From the human T2T-CHM13v2.0 reference genome, Homo sapiens: DNA of 64,000 nt. Location of the stretch: the NCBI RefSeq assembly GCF_009914755.1, contig NC_060940.1; one strand, 5' to 3'. Both the position numbers and the translations under genes were made by a program. Under the pieces are notes generated by a model. It was not told where the DNA came from. It saw only the letters and a list, made by a program, of their open reading frames with translations, and made no database searches. Positions 1-12,899 of this stretch are shown piece after piece; position 1 is the first letter of the stretch; each line of letters starts with the position of its first letter.

Positions 1-1409
1 CAAAGTAGGGGTTGCTGGCTTTCATCTTGAAGACAAATAATGGAATTCAGTCAAGATGTAAATTTCAATCGGGCGTTCAGCTACAACTTATTTTAGCATT
101 TTATATAAAATAACCATGAATTTAAGTATTCCTAAATAATGGAGGCATTTTATTCTTGGGATCCCAAACAGTCACTGCATACTAATACATTTAAGATTAC
201 CTTAACATTTCCTTACAAACATTTAAAAAGATGTGATTATACAGCAATTTGTAAGTAGCTCTTCTTAAATCATATATTAAATTTTACTCACTTCAGCAAA
301 AATCAAATTCTAAAAGAGTGACTCAACTGTATTTAGGCAAATTATATCAAGTTGTAAATGCAAAAGTGACCAAAAGGGAGGAAAAACAGATGTAAAAGTT
401 CTTAAAACAACCACAAAAGAATATCAGTTAGGGTGCATTTTAAGCTAAAGACACTACATATACTATCTAAATATTTATTAACCCTCTGAATATGCCACAG
501 TTAAACATGCAGCATATTTGGAGAGAAAATTCTTGTTGAGAAGCTAAAAAAAGGGAGGGGGGACACACTACTTACCTTTAAAGTAAAATGTTAGCACCTT
601 ATTCACAGCAACTCTTATACGAAGTGTACATATTACCATACACACTGACTCCATTTATTCCTAACAAAAAAGAATTATTTTTCTCATCGCTACTAGTGGA
701 AAAATATATATGGCACACAGGAAAAATTACTACACATTCCACAGTGCTGGTTAATAACTGAGGGGAATAGTAGAATCCATCTATAAAGCCAATCTATAAA
801 TTTCTTTGGCCATAATAAAAATAAGTTAGAGGTATGATTTTTTTTTAAGAACTGCAGCTGCCTTCATATCAAGATTAATATTGAAAATAAACCCCGTATA
901 ATAGGGCCCCTGGGATAAGTAACAGATTCCATGAGGGATGTCCATCTGGCACTAGCCATAAGCCACTCCCTTTTCCACTGTGCTAAATACTCCAGACCAA
1001 AAATATGCCCTCCCAAGAAAACCTCCCAGGAAAACCACGCCTTCAACAACGACGCACATCACCCACACTGTTTCACTTCCATGTTTTAATGACTTTAATA
1101 AGATTGTAAAGTGGTGACACTGAATATCTTAATGCACAACTGAAAATAAAAGGGTGCATATCAAAGGAAAGCTCTAGACACAAGGGATCAGAATTCCCCA
1201 AGGAAAAATAAACCCTCCAGAGAAAACAGAAAATACATTATATTAAGTCAAAGTTCTTGACTCTTGCATTGCCTAGAAGGGGAGAGCTGGGAAAACACCA
1301 CGGGCGTAACTCATTCCAGCACTGTACAGTTATAATCTCCCTTCGTGTGCCTTTGTGAAATGAGCTGAGATGAAACCTACATGTTGCCTACCCATTCACC
1401 GTTGGGTAA

Positions 1410-1759
<350 letters not shown>

Positions 1760-2444
1760 TAATACAAGAAAAGTAACCTTAACAAAGAAATATTTAATTC
1801 CTAGTGGTAGAACCTGAAGTTAGCACTTAATGTGGTTAACTGGAACTATATACAATGTTGCTTTGTAAAAAATACTAACCAAGGAATCCTCATACTAGCC
1901 TTGAGAAATTGGAATGATGGAATATCTAGATAATAACATGGGGTTACATAAACTGGCAGTAGTTACTGAAGCAGAAAACATTTTTGACCCTAAACAAAAT
2001 GTAATATATTTTAAAAGGAGCCTAAAGTTCATCATACCTTATGGACTCCAATACTTTAGGGAAATTTCTTTAAACAAAGTCTTTCCAAGAGTTTTCATTC
2101 ATCAAAGATAAATATTCTAGAAAGGTTTTGTGTCTCAAATTTGTCAATTTAATTTTAAACAATTCTGAAGCAGTTTGAATGACAAAGGAAAATAGTCATG
2201 GTATAACAGAAAAACATGATTCAAAACCATATCCAGTTTGACAGAATTCTTTTATTCTTTTGCTTTTCTATGCTTTCCAGGTGTTTTAACATTAGGACCT
2301 ACTAGTTCTGCAATCAGAAAAAAAGTATATATTTATTTATAATGAAACTGCTCAAGAAGGATTTCATTAATCTCCATCGGCATGAAGCATGTAAATAAAC
2401 ATAAATTCTGAAAATAACAAACAGCAATAATCAAGTTTTACTGT

Positions 2445-2664
2445 TGATTCATTTACTCATTCTTACAACAAATATATTCTGATTAACTCCTATGTGCCAG
2501 AAAGTTTGCTAAGGTAGTGAAAAAACATTAGAAAAAAAAAATCTATGCCTTCATGGAGCATCTAGCCCAGTGCAGAGAAATAAGATAACAGTCAAATAAC
2601 TACAGATATAAGTGAAAAAATGAATGAATGTGAGACTTCTCCTGTGAATTATGCCATGAAGGAT
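2445..2664 (-). mobile_element. L2 LINE 3' fragment, interrupted by the L1 that follows
   Basis: TCATTTACTCATTCTTACAACAAATATATTCTGATTAACTCCTATGTGCCAG resembles the reverse complement of the L2 3' end. Confidence 0.7.
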
Positions 2665-3121
2665 ACAGCTATTGATGGGAATGGAAATTAGTTCAATCTC
2701 TATGAAAAACAGTATGGAGGTTTCTCAAAGAACTAAAAATAGAGCTACCATTCAACCCAGCAATCCCAGAACTGGGTATCTACCCAAAGAAAAAGAAATC
2801 ATGACATAAAAATGACATCTATACTTGTTATGTTCATTGCAGCACTATTCACAATAGCAAAGTCATGGAACCAACCTAAGTACATATAAGCAGCTAACTG
2901 GATAAAGAAAATGTCAGATAAATATATATATATATATACACACACACAAACACACACATATATACATGTATGTGTGTGTATATATATACACATGTATGTA
3001 TATATGTGTGTGTATACATATGTGTGTATATGTGTGTGTATATATACATGTATGTATATATGCGTGTGTATATGTAGTGTGTGTGTATATGTGTGTGTGT
3101 ATATACATGTGTGTGTGTGTA

Positions 3122-3164
<43 letters not shown>

Positions 3165-3556
3165 CTCCCATGGAATACTATGGAGTCATAAAAAAAGAAT
3201 GAAATCATGTTCTTTGCAGCAACATAGATAGAGCTGGAGGCCATTATCCTAAGTAAACTTAACTCAGAAACAGAAAACCAAATACCACATATTGTCACTT
3301 AAAAGTGAGAGCTAAATAATGGGTACACATGGACATAAAAAATGGAAATGGCAGACACTGGGGACTCCAAAAGGACGTTGGGGGGTGATGAAGGTTGCAG
3401 AATTACCTATCAGGTACAATGTTCACTATTTGGGTAACAGGTACATTAGAAGACCAACCCGACCAGTTGGGTTGCAATATACCCATGAATATACCCATGT
3501 AACAAACATGCACATGTACCCCCTGAATCTAAAATAAAATAAAATTAACAAAAAAG
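2665..3556 (+). mobile_element. L1 3' end (L1PB-like)
   Basis: GAACTAAAAATAGAGCTACCATTCAACCCAGCAATCCCA, CATGGAATACTA, GAGCTGGAGGCCATTATCCTAAG, TAACAAACATGCACATGTACCCCCTGAATCTAAAATAAAA and an A-rich tail. Confidence 0.93.
2922..3164. repeat. Compound (TA)n/(CA)n/(TG)n microsatellite inside the L1
   Basis: About 240 bp of nearly uninterrupted alternating purine-pyrimidine sequence. Confidence 0.97.
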
Positions 3557-4345
3557 GAAGCATATAGATGGAGAATAAATAAGAGTGAGCACTGGCAGAT
3601 CAGTTAGGAAAATTGTGCCTCAGACCAGATGAGAGATGATGAGAGCATGACCCCAGATGGTAATGGAGAGAAGAGAGCAAAGATGGGGAAAGTTGAGTCA
3701 TGGATGGATCCCAGGAACTTCCTTTGGAGTGTTTTCCCTGGACTTGATGATGAATTGAGAGGGGTGAGGGAGAAGAGCCATCAAGGAAGCTTCTAGGTTT
3801 GGGGCTGGCATAACTGGATATGTGGCAATGCCATTCATCAACACAGGGGAAGCTGAACAGAATCAGTCTTCCAGCAGTGGGCCAAAGCACGGGTGCATTT
3901 TAAACATTGTTGGGGTTGAGGTGCCAAGAGATGTCTGTCATTTACCAGAAAAGTCTGGAATACAGTGACCTTTTCATGTGAGACTCTTTGTGAGACACAT
4001 GGGTGCTGGTGTTCAATGAATGAGGCCCCCCGTAGTGAGACTGGGAAGGGAGAACATCCCAAGGGAGATGAGAAGAGGCCTAGAGGAGAACCCTGAAGAA
4101 CACCAGTGTCTGATGACCAAGACACGGATCCCAAAAAGGAGCCTGAGAAAGGGCAGCAAGGGATGTGGAAGGGAAGCCTAGCAAGGGTGGGATCCCTGAC
4201 ATCAAGAGAAGACTTCACTAAAGAGAAAGTGATTAATAATGTTGAATGCTGCAAAAGCTTGAAGTACAATGAGGCTGAAATAGATCTGTTGGGTTCAATG
4301 ACATCAAAGACACTTTGGTATTTATCAAAAGCACAGAGAAGAAGT
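3557..4345 (-). mobile_element. L2 LINE body fragment with decayed reverse-transcriptase motifs
   Basis: Minus-strand translation gives GVLQGSPLG (about 4078-4104; compare RT GVPQGSVLG) and, in another frame, AAFNIINH (about 4229-4252; compare AAFDTVDH). Confidence 0.8.
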
Positions 4346-4536
4346 ATAAGGGAGGGATGGCACCAGCTGCCCTCCAGGAGTTGTGAAAACAGGACGAACA
4401 TGCATGTACCTACACAGAACCATATCAAAAAAAATTCAAATACTCAACTCCAGTTTTGGTGGGAGAATGGAAAAGTGGCTGAGAGTAAGAGGGCCTGCTA
4501 TGGCCAAGGAAGAATTATAGATATAAAGAAATTGTG

Positions 4537-4856
4537 GGCTGGGTGCAGTGCCTCATGCCTGTAATCCCAGCACTTTGGGAGACCTAGGCAGGAGAATCAG
4601 CTGAGCCCTGGAGTTCGAGACCAGCCTGGGCAACATATTGAGACCCCTGTCTTTACAAAAAATGTATTTTAAATTAGCAGAGTGTGGTAGTGCGCGCCTG
4701 TAGTCCCAGCTACTCTGGAGGCTGAGACGGGGGTATCACTTGAGCCCTGGAAGTTGAGAGTGTATTAAGATATGATTGTACCACTGCACTCCAGCCTGAG
4801 CAACAAAGCGAGCCTCTACATCTTTAATTAATTAATTAATTTTTAAAAGAAAAAAA
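4537..4856 (+). mobile_element. Alu SINE (AluJ-type)
   Basis: GGCTGGGTGCAGTGCCTCATGCCTGTAATCCCAGCACTTTGGGA...CCACTGCACTCCAGCCTG; J-type CCTGGGCAACATA. Confidence 0.95.
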
Positions 4857-6839
4857 GTGGTGACCATCCACCATATGATCTTGCTTTGTTCTAAGGGGAA
4901 AAATAATAAGCATTATGCCCCTAGCATATAAATTATCCCTGTGTAGATAAAGAGTCCAAAATGGTACATAAATGGAAATCCTTGGAACAAATGGACAAAA
5001 ACTATTTTCTTATAATAAAGCAGAAGATGCATCTTTTGGGATTAGTGAGAAGGCCTTGTTCACCATGGGATGACAACAGTTGTACAACTCGAAAACTGTT
5101 GGCTTCTGGTAGTGACCATGCATGGCGCCAAGCTCACCCCCTAATCCCACAATCCTCTCCATAACAACCACCAGAGCAGCTGAGTCAGATGGAAAAAAAA
5201 AAAAGAAAGAGAAAAAGAAAAAGACATCCCTTCATCATGAATGGTGGCAAAATGAAGAAAAATAAGCTTCCTCAATACCCTTTCACTACTAGGGAGTGTC
5301 ATATATCAGAAAGTAATGTAGATTGCTTTCACTTCAAGAACTAACAGCTCTAAAGGAGGGTCAGTTCAAAACTAAACACACATGTATTGCTCGAGAAACA
5401 CTTCCATCCCCAATTTTATATACCCACGTCATTTAAGTAGGGGAAAGTATCTGAATGTGTTCATAAGAAAGTGACATCTACTAAAAGAAACAGGATTAAA
5501 GGATTGTTTTTGTCTCTAGGACAACAAAATGTATAAGCCCCAAACTACTGTTGTCCTGTATCTTTTCAATAAGGTCTTAAAAACAAGAGAATCAGATGAG
5601 GGTTTGCAGTTAAAGTTAATACATGAAATATTAACTGGGAATTTAAAGAAATTTCTGACAAAACTTGAAACCATTGTTCAACATAATTTGGTTTTGATAA
5701 ATGTTGATGTTGGGACCCTTTGAAACTGACAGTTGTGTCTGTGGAGCAATGTGAATTTAAGTCTGTGATTTTTGGAATCAAATATTTAATGACTAAGAGG
5801 GAAAAGCAAATTTTCCCCCACAATTCTGATATGTCTAAAAAAATGAAACTGACCCATATTGAATCCTTTCCCCTTTCATCTGAGGTCCTATCAGTTATCT
5901 TAAGTAAGCCAAAGGGAAACTTCCAAGTGCCAAAACTTGACAATGAGTAACTAACTCACTGTGCTTTCTGCATATGGATGTCTCTGCCTATGTATCCTGG
6001 TATGTATATTTTATTTCTTGACCACATTCCATATTTTCCCAACTTCAGGCTTTCTCTTCCATTGGAAACTCTTCTTGCCACCTCCATTCCAAAACACCCT
6101 GCCCCTAGCCAGTGGCCCCCTGCTGAAATTCCATGCTTTCATCAGTGTCCCGTGTAAACCACCTCACCTACTGCAGGAACTTTGCTCAGCTCAAGCTACC
6201 AGATTTACTGACCTCCTTCTCTGGAATGTCCAGAGCTCTTCCTTTCTATCTCTTTTTATGACACAGCTTGTGTTGATAATGGTTAATTCTTCCTCTGCTC
6301 CATCCCACCACCCCCATGCCCACTACAGTGGAAGCTTCTAAGGGCAATGACCATCTTGTTGCCATGACTTTTCTGCAATTCTAATGCTTTATCCATAGAA
6401 AAGACACAAGAAGTGTTTGGATGCAATTTTTTCTTCTTGCACAAACTTTCTTTTTAGTGGAAGAGGCAATACCAAGTATAGAGAAGGAAAACAAAAGTTA
6501 AAAAAGTAAAGCAGACTCAAGAAAAAGACTCAAATCTTGGCATTATATTTACTTGGGTTCTAGGAAGTAGACCAAAAAAATTGTCCTCAAATCTATGATT
6601 GACTCATTTATTCAACAAATGTGTACTGAGCTCTCATTATGGAATAGATATACACACAGAGAGAGACATACAGATACACACACGATTAATATACCTTGGA
6701 GACATAAGCATCAAAAATGTCTCTCTCCCAATAGGCATGAGCTTTTTTATTGTTAGGTTTCTGACTCAGCAGAGCCTCTCCAAGCACTCAGCACCTGTAA
6801 CTTTTCCTATCCCATTTCCCCACAGCAGCTCTGCCAAGC

Positions 6840-7884
6840 TTTCAGCACCAAACCTCACCCACTTGTCAACTAATGGACTTTGTCCCTCAATGGGTAAACA
6901 GAGGCCATGAGGTATGCAGTTCTTTTGCAACTATCACCCCAAACCAGAACTTCAAATCATCCCTTTTTTTTCCTTTGCCCAGCAAAACATATTCTTCCAT
7001 CTGTGTTCTGAATCCCACTCCACCATGGTTTGGTTTGGCTCTGTCAATTTACCTCTCATTTGATTCTTCATCTTTTCCCACTCCACTGTTTCTTCCTAGC
7101 AAAATGTTCCAGTCCCATTCACCCTTAGAGTTAGGGGAGCAAACACTGCTGAGCCCCTCTCAAATTAATCTTGTACCTCCCTCCCCTAAACCCACTAACT
7201 ATGTGTCCATCTCCACATTGTGATCTGTCCCCCTTCACCTTTAAGCCTCCTACAATTTGTCTTCCTCTATTTAATGCGCTGTGATCATTAAGTCTACTGT
7301 GGACTTCTAATCTCCAAAGCCCATGGACATGTCCCCCGTAGTATCTAGGTCTCAAATGATTACTTTTTCTCCTCTGACATTTTCAGCTATCACCCTCTGG
7401 AAAGAGTTATTTTCATTTGGAAACAGTCACTCTAAGCCAGTGGTCTTATCCCCTGGAAAGGTTCTCAGCTTCTTCTTAACACATCCTCTAACAATTCATC
7501 ATGTCCCAATGCATCAACCACGAACACTCTCCAGTTTGAATATCTTTCACTATACTGAGTTGCAAATTTCTTACTCCTTCTGAATATTGCCTTGGATGAC
7601 TTACTACCAACTTATATTCAACAAATCAAATACAGAGCTTATCTTTACCAATCTCAGATATGCTCCCACCCAGAAATCAATCACTCTATTAAATTTCCTT
7701 TCCAAAGCCACGACCTTTGATTCTCTCTTATCCTCCACATGTGGTCATTCAACTACACCAACCACACCAACATCTTTCACATCACTGCATATCTTTCTAA
7801 TGGTACCAGCAATCCTAACCAATCTTCAGATGCCAATTTCCTCCCTTCAAACCCATCCTCCACACTGCACCTGGAGTTACCCTT
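6840..7884 (+). mobile_element. L2 LINE fragment
   Basis: C/T-rich degenerate L2 body (AAACAGAGGCCAT, TCTGTGTTCTGAATCCCACTC, CAACAAATCAAATACAGAGCT); more L2 appears to continue at about 8850-9335, ending TGTGTTAAATAAATG. Confidence 0.65.
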
Positions 7885-8303
7885 TGATATGGTTTGGATT
7901 TGTGTCCCTGCCCAAATCTCACGTTGAATTGATGACAGGTGTAAGCTACCGCGCCCAGCATATGATGTGATTTTTTAACGCAGTATGCCAAGGTAGGAGG
8001 TGACTGGATCATGGGGGAAGATTTCCCGCTTGCTGTTCTCATGATAGTGAGTGAGTTCTCAGGAAATCTGATGGTGTAAAAGTGTGTGGCACTTCCCCCT
8101 TCACTCTCTCCCTCTCTCCTGCCACTATGTGAAGAAGGTCCTTGCTTCCCTTCCGCCTTCTGCCATGATTGTAAGTTTCCTGAGGCCTCCCAGTCATGCT
8201 TCCTGTTAAGCCTGTGGAACTGTGAGTCAATTAAACCTCTTTTCTTCATAAATTACCCAGCCTCATGTAGTTCTTTATAGCAGTGTGAGAATGGACTAAT
8301 ACA
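7885..8303 (+). mobile_element. MaLR solo LTR (MSTA/THE1D-like) carrying a foreign 63-bp insert
   Basis: Starts TGATATGGTTTGGATTTGTGTCCC, contains CTGCCATGATTGTAAGTTTCCTGAGGCCTCCC and ATTAAACCTCTTTTCTT, ends GAGAATGGACTAATACA. Confidence 0.95.
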
Positions 8304-8513
8304 TCTTTATTTCCATTTGTCATTTATATTGCATTGTTTAAAATAATGGAAAATACTGGAAAGCCTGAGGACTAACACAAAAGGCATTTCTCACCCCACT
8401 CTCAAGATGAACACTTCACAAGGGGGAACCAAAAAGTATATTTAGTATATTTTTTAAATTGAAAAGTATTCTGTAATCATTTTCTTCACTGAGACCTTCC
8501 TTCTAGGATGTAA

Positions 8514-8815
8514 TTTTTTTTTTTTTTTTTTTTTAATACAGGGTCTTGCTCTGTCACCCAGGCTGGAGTGCAGTGGCATGAACATGGCTTACTGCAGCCT
8601 TAGCTTCCTGGACTCAACCAATCCTCCCACCTCAGCCTCCTGAGTAGCTGGGACTACAGGTGCACACCATCACACCCAGCTAATTTTTTATTTTTTGTAG
8701 AGACAAGGTTTCTCTATGTTGCCCAGGCTGGTCTCAAACTTCTGGGCTCAAGCGATCCACCCACCTCAGCCTCCCAAAATGCCAGGATGACAGTTGTAAG
8801 CTACCACACCTGGCC
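8514..8815 (-). mobile_element. Alu SINE (AluJ-type)
   Basis: Poly-T, AGGGTCTTGCTCTGTCACCCAGGCTGGAGTGCAG...TGGGCTCAAGCGATCC...CCTGGCC; degenerate TSD TAGGATGTAATTTTT / TAAGATGTGATTTTT. Confidence 0.96.
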
Positions 8816-10060
8816 TAAGATGTGATTTTTAACACAGTATGCCAAGGCATGGCTAAAGCGTAATTTACCTAATTGGTTTTCAATAGGGTTAGTCTTCCAA
8901 TATGGAAGTCTGATCATACATGTCACTGTCAGGGTTAAAATACTTCCACAGTTACCCACAGCCTAATTAAAACTCTTTTCCTCATTGAAGGAAAAAGCCA
9001 TTTACAAATCAACATCACTTTGTTTATATAGCCTCATTCCCTTCTATTCCTTCTGCTCCTCTCCTCCATTGCCAACCTCATCACCTCTACTCTCATAATC
9101 CTTCTCTTCTTCTTGGTTCTTCCAGTCCCTTTCATAGAAGGATCCTTTTCTGTTAACATCCAATGGGGTGAGCTCTTCTTCCTCCTGCCCCTACACTGAA
9201 GCCCTTTCACACTGGACTATGATTGGTTTCTTTGTCTTTCTTCCTAATTAAGCTGTGAGCGCCCCCAGTAGACATGTAATCTTACCACACAGCTGAAGAC
9301 TCACAGCAGCTCCTCAAATCTGTGTTAAATAAATGGGAGTAATGTTTTATTTCATTTAGATTTGTCAGCAGAAAAGGACTTATTGTGTAATATTTCTAAC
9401 AAGAGCTCACATGTATTGAGTGCTAAGTATGTGCTGGTATGTATAACCTTGTTTGATCATCAGAGTTGCAATTTTACATGTCTTTGGGTAATTATTGGAC
9501 TGATCTGCTTGTCCTACCCATGGACTGGAAATGTCACAAAGGAATTACATCTCTTTTTGCTCCCTCTTTTGTTCTCAGTATTGGATACACTATGTGGAAC
9601 ACTGTTGATGCTAAATATGTATTTTCTGCATAGATGAAGAAATGACCCCCTGAGGTCATTCACAGTGTTATCTCCATCCTTAGAGAGGGGAACTGAAGCA
9701 GAATTCCTTTGGTTGGGTTTCACATCAAAGATGAGAAGATGACACGCCAGTATGTTTCAATATTCCGTTCTAATTTTTCTGATGGTTTCTTGCCTCTCAT
9801 GAAAGAAAGTACCACGGCCACAGATGAAGCTGCGCTCGGGGCTACACACCACATTGCCAGGAGCAGTAGGAAGCATTGAGCTTTTGCAGGACTCCAATCT
9901 GAACAGCTTTACTAGGCCCCTTGACACAACAAAGGCTGACTCTGAAGCATTCCTCTTCAGTTGTTCCTGTCTTTGTAAGTGAAATCTATTTCTCAAAATG
10001 GGTCTGTACAATGAATTCTAACATCAAAATTACTTTGTCAATATTTGGGAAACTTTTTAA

Positions 10061-10444
10061 TAGTGCTGTGTTATTGGTCATTTTTCAAACTAATATATAT
10101 ATTTATATTATATATTATATATATTTATATTATATATTATACAATATAAATATATAATGGTTGAGAGGGAGGAAAAGATCATCTATAAATCTCTATTTCA
10201 GTATAATGAAATTTGGATATTACATTTTCTTCCATTTATTCTCACTAGAATTTACTCTCACCTCCATCCCATCATCAACAATTATCAAATATTATCATCA
10301 TGAATATTATATATATATTAGTTTGAAAAATGACCAATATTTATATATTATATGATGACCAATTTATATATATAATATATGATATATATATAATATTATA
10401 TATTAGTTTGAAAAATGACCAATAACACAACACTATATTAGTTG

Positions 10445-10482
<38 letters not shown>
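10061..10482. repeat. Complex (TA)n tract with inverted arms and a captured 148-bp duplicate
   Basis: TA-rich runs at about 10092-10156, 10305-10400 and 10445-10482; 10061-10098 recurs inverted at 10398-10435; 10157-10304 duplicates 13694-13841. Confidence 0.95.
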
Positions 10483-10485
<3 letters not shown>

Positions 10486-12009
10486 CTTAATTTTTTCCTT
10501 TCAGGTAGAATGTTCATGAGAAACTAAATTTTCATATACTGAATCTGAGACCTAAGACAGATGGCCAATCAAAATTAAGTTACTCTTCATTTTCCCAGCT
10601 GAGTTAGGGCTCCACATGTTACCAGGTGTTATCAGATATGACAAGAAAAGAAAAAAAAGACCCTATCTTTGCTTCTAATTTGCAGGATGATGAAAAGCCC
10701 CTTCCTTTTTTTCCTCACCAGTAGATTCTTTCAACTCCCAATTGTGTTTTCATGAGAGGCACAAGGTAGATCAGAAAACCCAACTGCAAAAAAAAAAAAA
10801 AAGTTCACTCCAGCTTTCGTTCTGAGAACAGTCAGATCAAAAGACTTTTTCTGAAGGCAAAACAGGTGGGTTTTTCCCTTTATACTTACAAGTGAAACAA
10901 ACATGTACTTTGTACTTTCACTGAACACAGAGCAAGTGGACAGAACCAAGCTTCCCTGTGCTTAGTCAATATTCATACCTGCAAAAGACTATACAGTCCT
11001 ACAAAAGAAATAGGCACCTGGAATCGGTGACTTATAACTGGGGCAACGGGAACAGGATCTCAATAGCAGTATTTCAAGGAACTTTCACAGAATAAGGTGC
11101 AAGTGAGAAAGACATGTAAGGTAACACTGAGAACTCTTTCACCTTGGACACGCATATACCTATATGCATAGCCACACCTACACACACATCGTATAACCAC
11201 ATACATATCAGCCCTCTTCCTCTCAGAATCCAGCTCTTTGGGAAAGTGAGAGTGCAATTTTTAATCGAGTTCAGCGTATCCATAAATTGGACCATAAAAT
11301 GAAAGTGGCAATGGTGAATTCCCAGGAGAGGTTAAAAAATAAATGTATATATAAACTACAAGGTGATGCAAAGCAATAAGGTACATTTTATGCCAAATAT
11401 CATCTGAAGAGAATTACTTACTGGCAAGAATAAAGGGAGAAGATTGCTTATAAATATTGGACAAACCTAAATATTCTCGTTTGTTCTCCCTAGCCCCTTT
11501 TTTCTCACCAGAAAATGTCCTCCATATCTTCTTATTTTTATCCTACTCCATCACAGAATCATCTTAAAAACACCGCCTAGTTTAAAGAACAAGGCTTCTC
11601 ATCTAAACAGTCTTTGCTTCCACCTCTTGAAATCCCACCTTTCCTACAAAGTCTCCCTTTTCATTTGGAGGAAAGGTGGTAATTATTTCCCAAACTCCTA
11701 CCCATTTAAGCACATAATTACCCAGACAGTTCTTCAGTCACTGCCACACTCCTTATATTCAATGTCAATACTTCAGATGCTTTTCCACTGTTGATAATTC
11801 TCCCTGTGGGCACATGCTCTTTAAACATTTATCTTCACCAATATTGAAAGGCTTGAATTTCATATCTTAGGAGAACAGATATTTTCTGACTGATAATCCA
11901 AAACTCCCCTATAACCCTTTCACCCACAACTGTAATAATAATTTTATTATCTCTTCTTCCAACTCCCCAAAGAATCTTCTAATACTGACAAACAAATCTG
12001 CTTGTCATA

Positions 12010-12410
12010 TGTGGCAGCTAGGCTAATTATTTTCTAAGAGTCATGCTCCTCTTACCATCATAAATCATTATGGGCTGTTTCCAACTCCCTTGCATTTTGA
12101 TGCGGGTTGGGGGGCAGGCAATTTAGCTCTTACTAGTGCAATGTGAGCAGAAGGATGTGTCTCACTTTGGGGCCAAAGCAGCTGAGCAGGTGTGGCTTCT
12201 CCACCTTCTCTATGTCCCGTTCCACCCCAACTGGGTGTTAAAACCTAAAACAAGATGGCAAGGCCTCCACCGGCCTGGGTCCCTCCTCCACTGCCTACCA
12301 GAACAACCTTGAACTTAATACTTGAACAGGAAATACACCTCTATTACATTTACCTCATTATACATGGTGGGTTTATGTGTTAACAGCTGTTACGATATTC
12401 TAACTGAGCC
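12010..12410 (+). mobile_element. MaLR solo LTR (MLT1I/J-like)
   Basis: Starts TGTGGCAG, contains TTTCCAACTCCCTTGCA, CAATGTGAGCAGAAGGATGTGTCTCACTT and CCTGGGTCCCT, ends TTCTAACTGA. Confidence 0.7.
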
Positions 12411-12899
12411 ACCATATCCTATTTATTTATTTCTACTTTCCATATCCTTTAAGGCTATCTCAGTAGTTCTACATTTGTTAGATTACTCTGTGCCCCTCTT
12501 GTCCTTCAAGTCTCTGATTAAATCCATCTCTCTAACAAAAACTTCCACTCAAGATCATCCTCTCAACATTTTGAGGATGTTTCTACTACATTCGCTTGCA
12601 TTTGGTTACATCGCCCATTCAGCCTCTCCATCAATAAATATTGACTCAGCACTCTTACATCAGATGCAAAATTATTTCACCAATCTGATTATATGATTCT
12701 AGAGGAGAGAGGTTTTTTTCAGTTTGTTTGCTCTTTGGTGACAAACCATCTACCTGTGGCATAGGCCAGTAGGTATGAGTTTATGTCAAATGGCTAGTAA
12801 TTGGCTTGTTTACACCACAATTCTCAGTACCATACAGGTAGGGGAGATCTTCCATGGAGAAGTGACTCTCCTGAAACAGGCTTACTACCTGCTGTGGGT

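Noticed and set aside
2799-3298. Stacked ORFs rich in Y, I, H, T, V and C
   Set aside because: They are artefacts of the dinucleotide microsatellite, which lacks stop codons.
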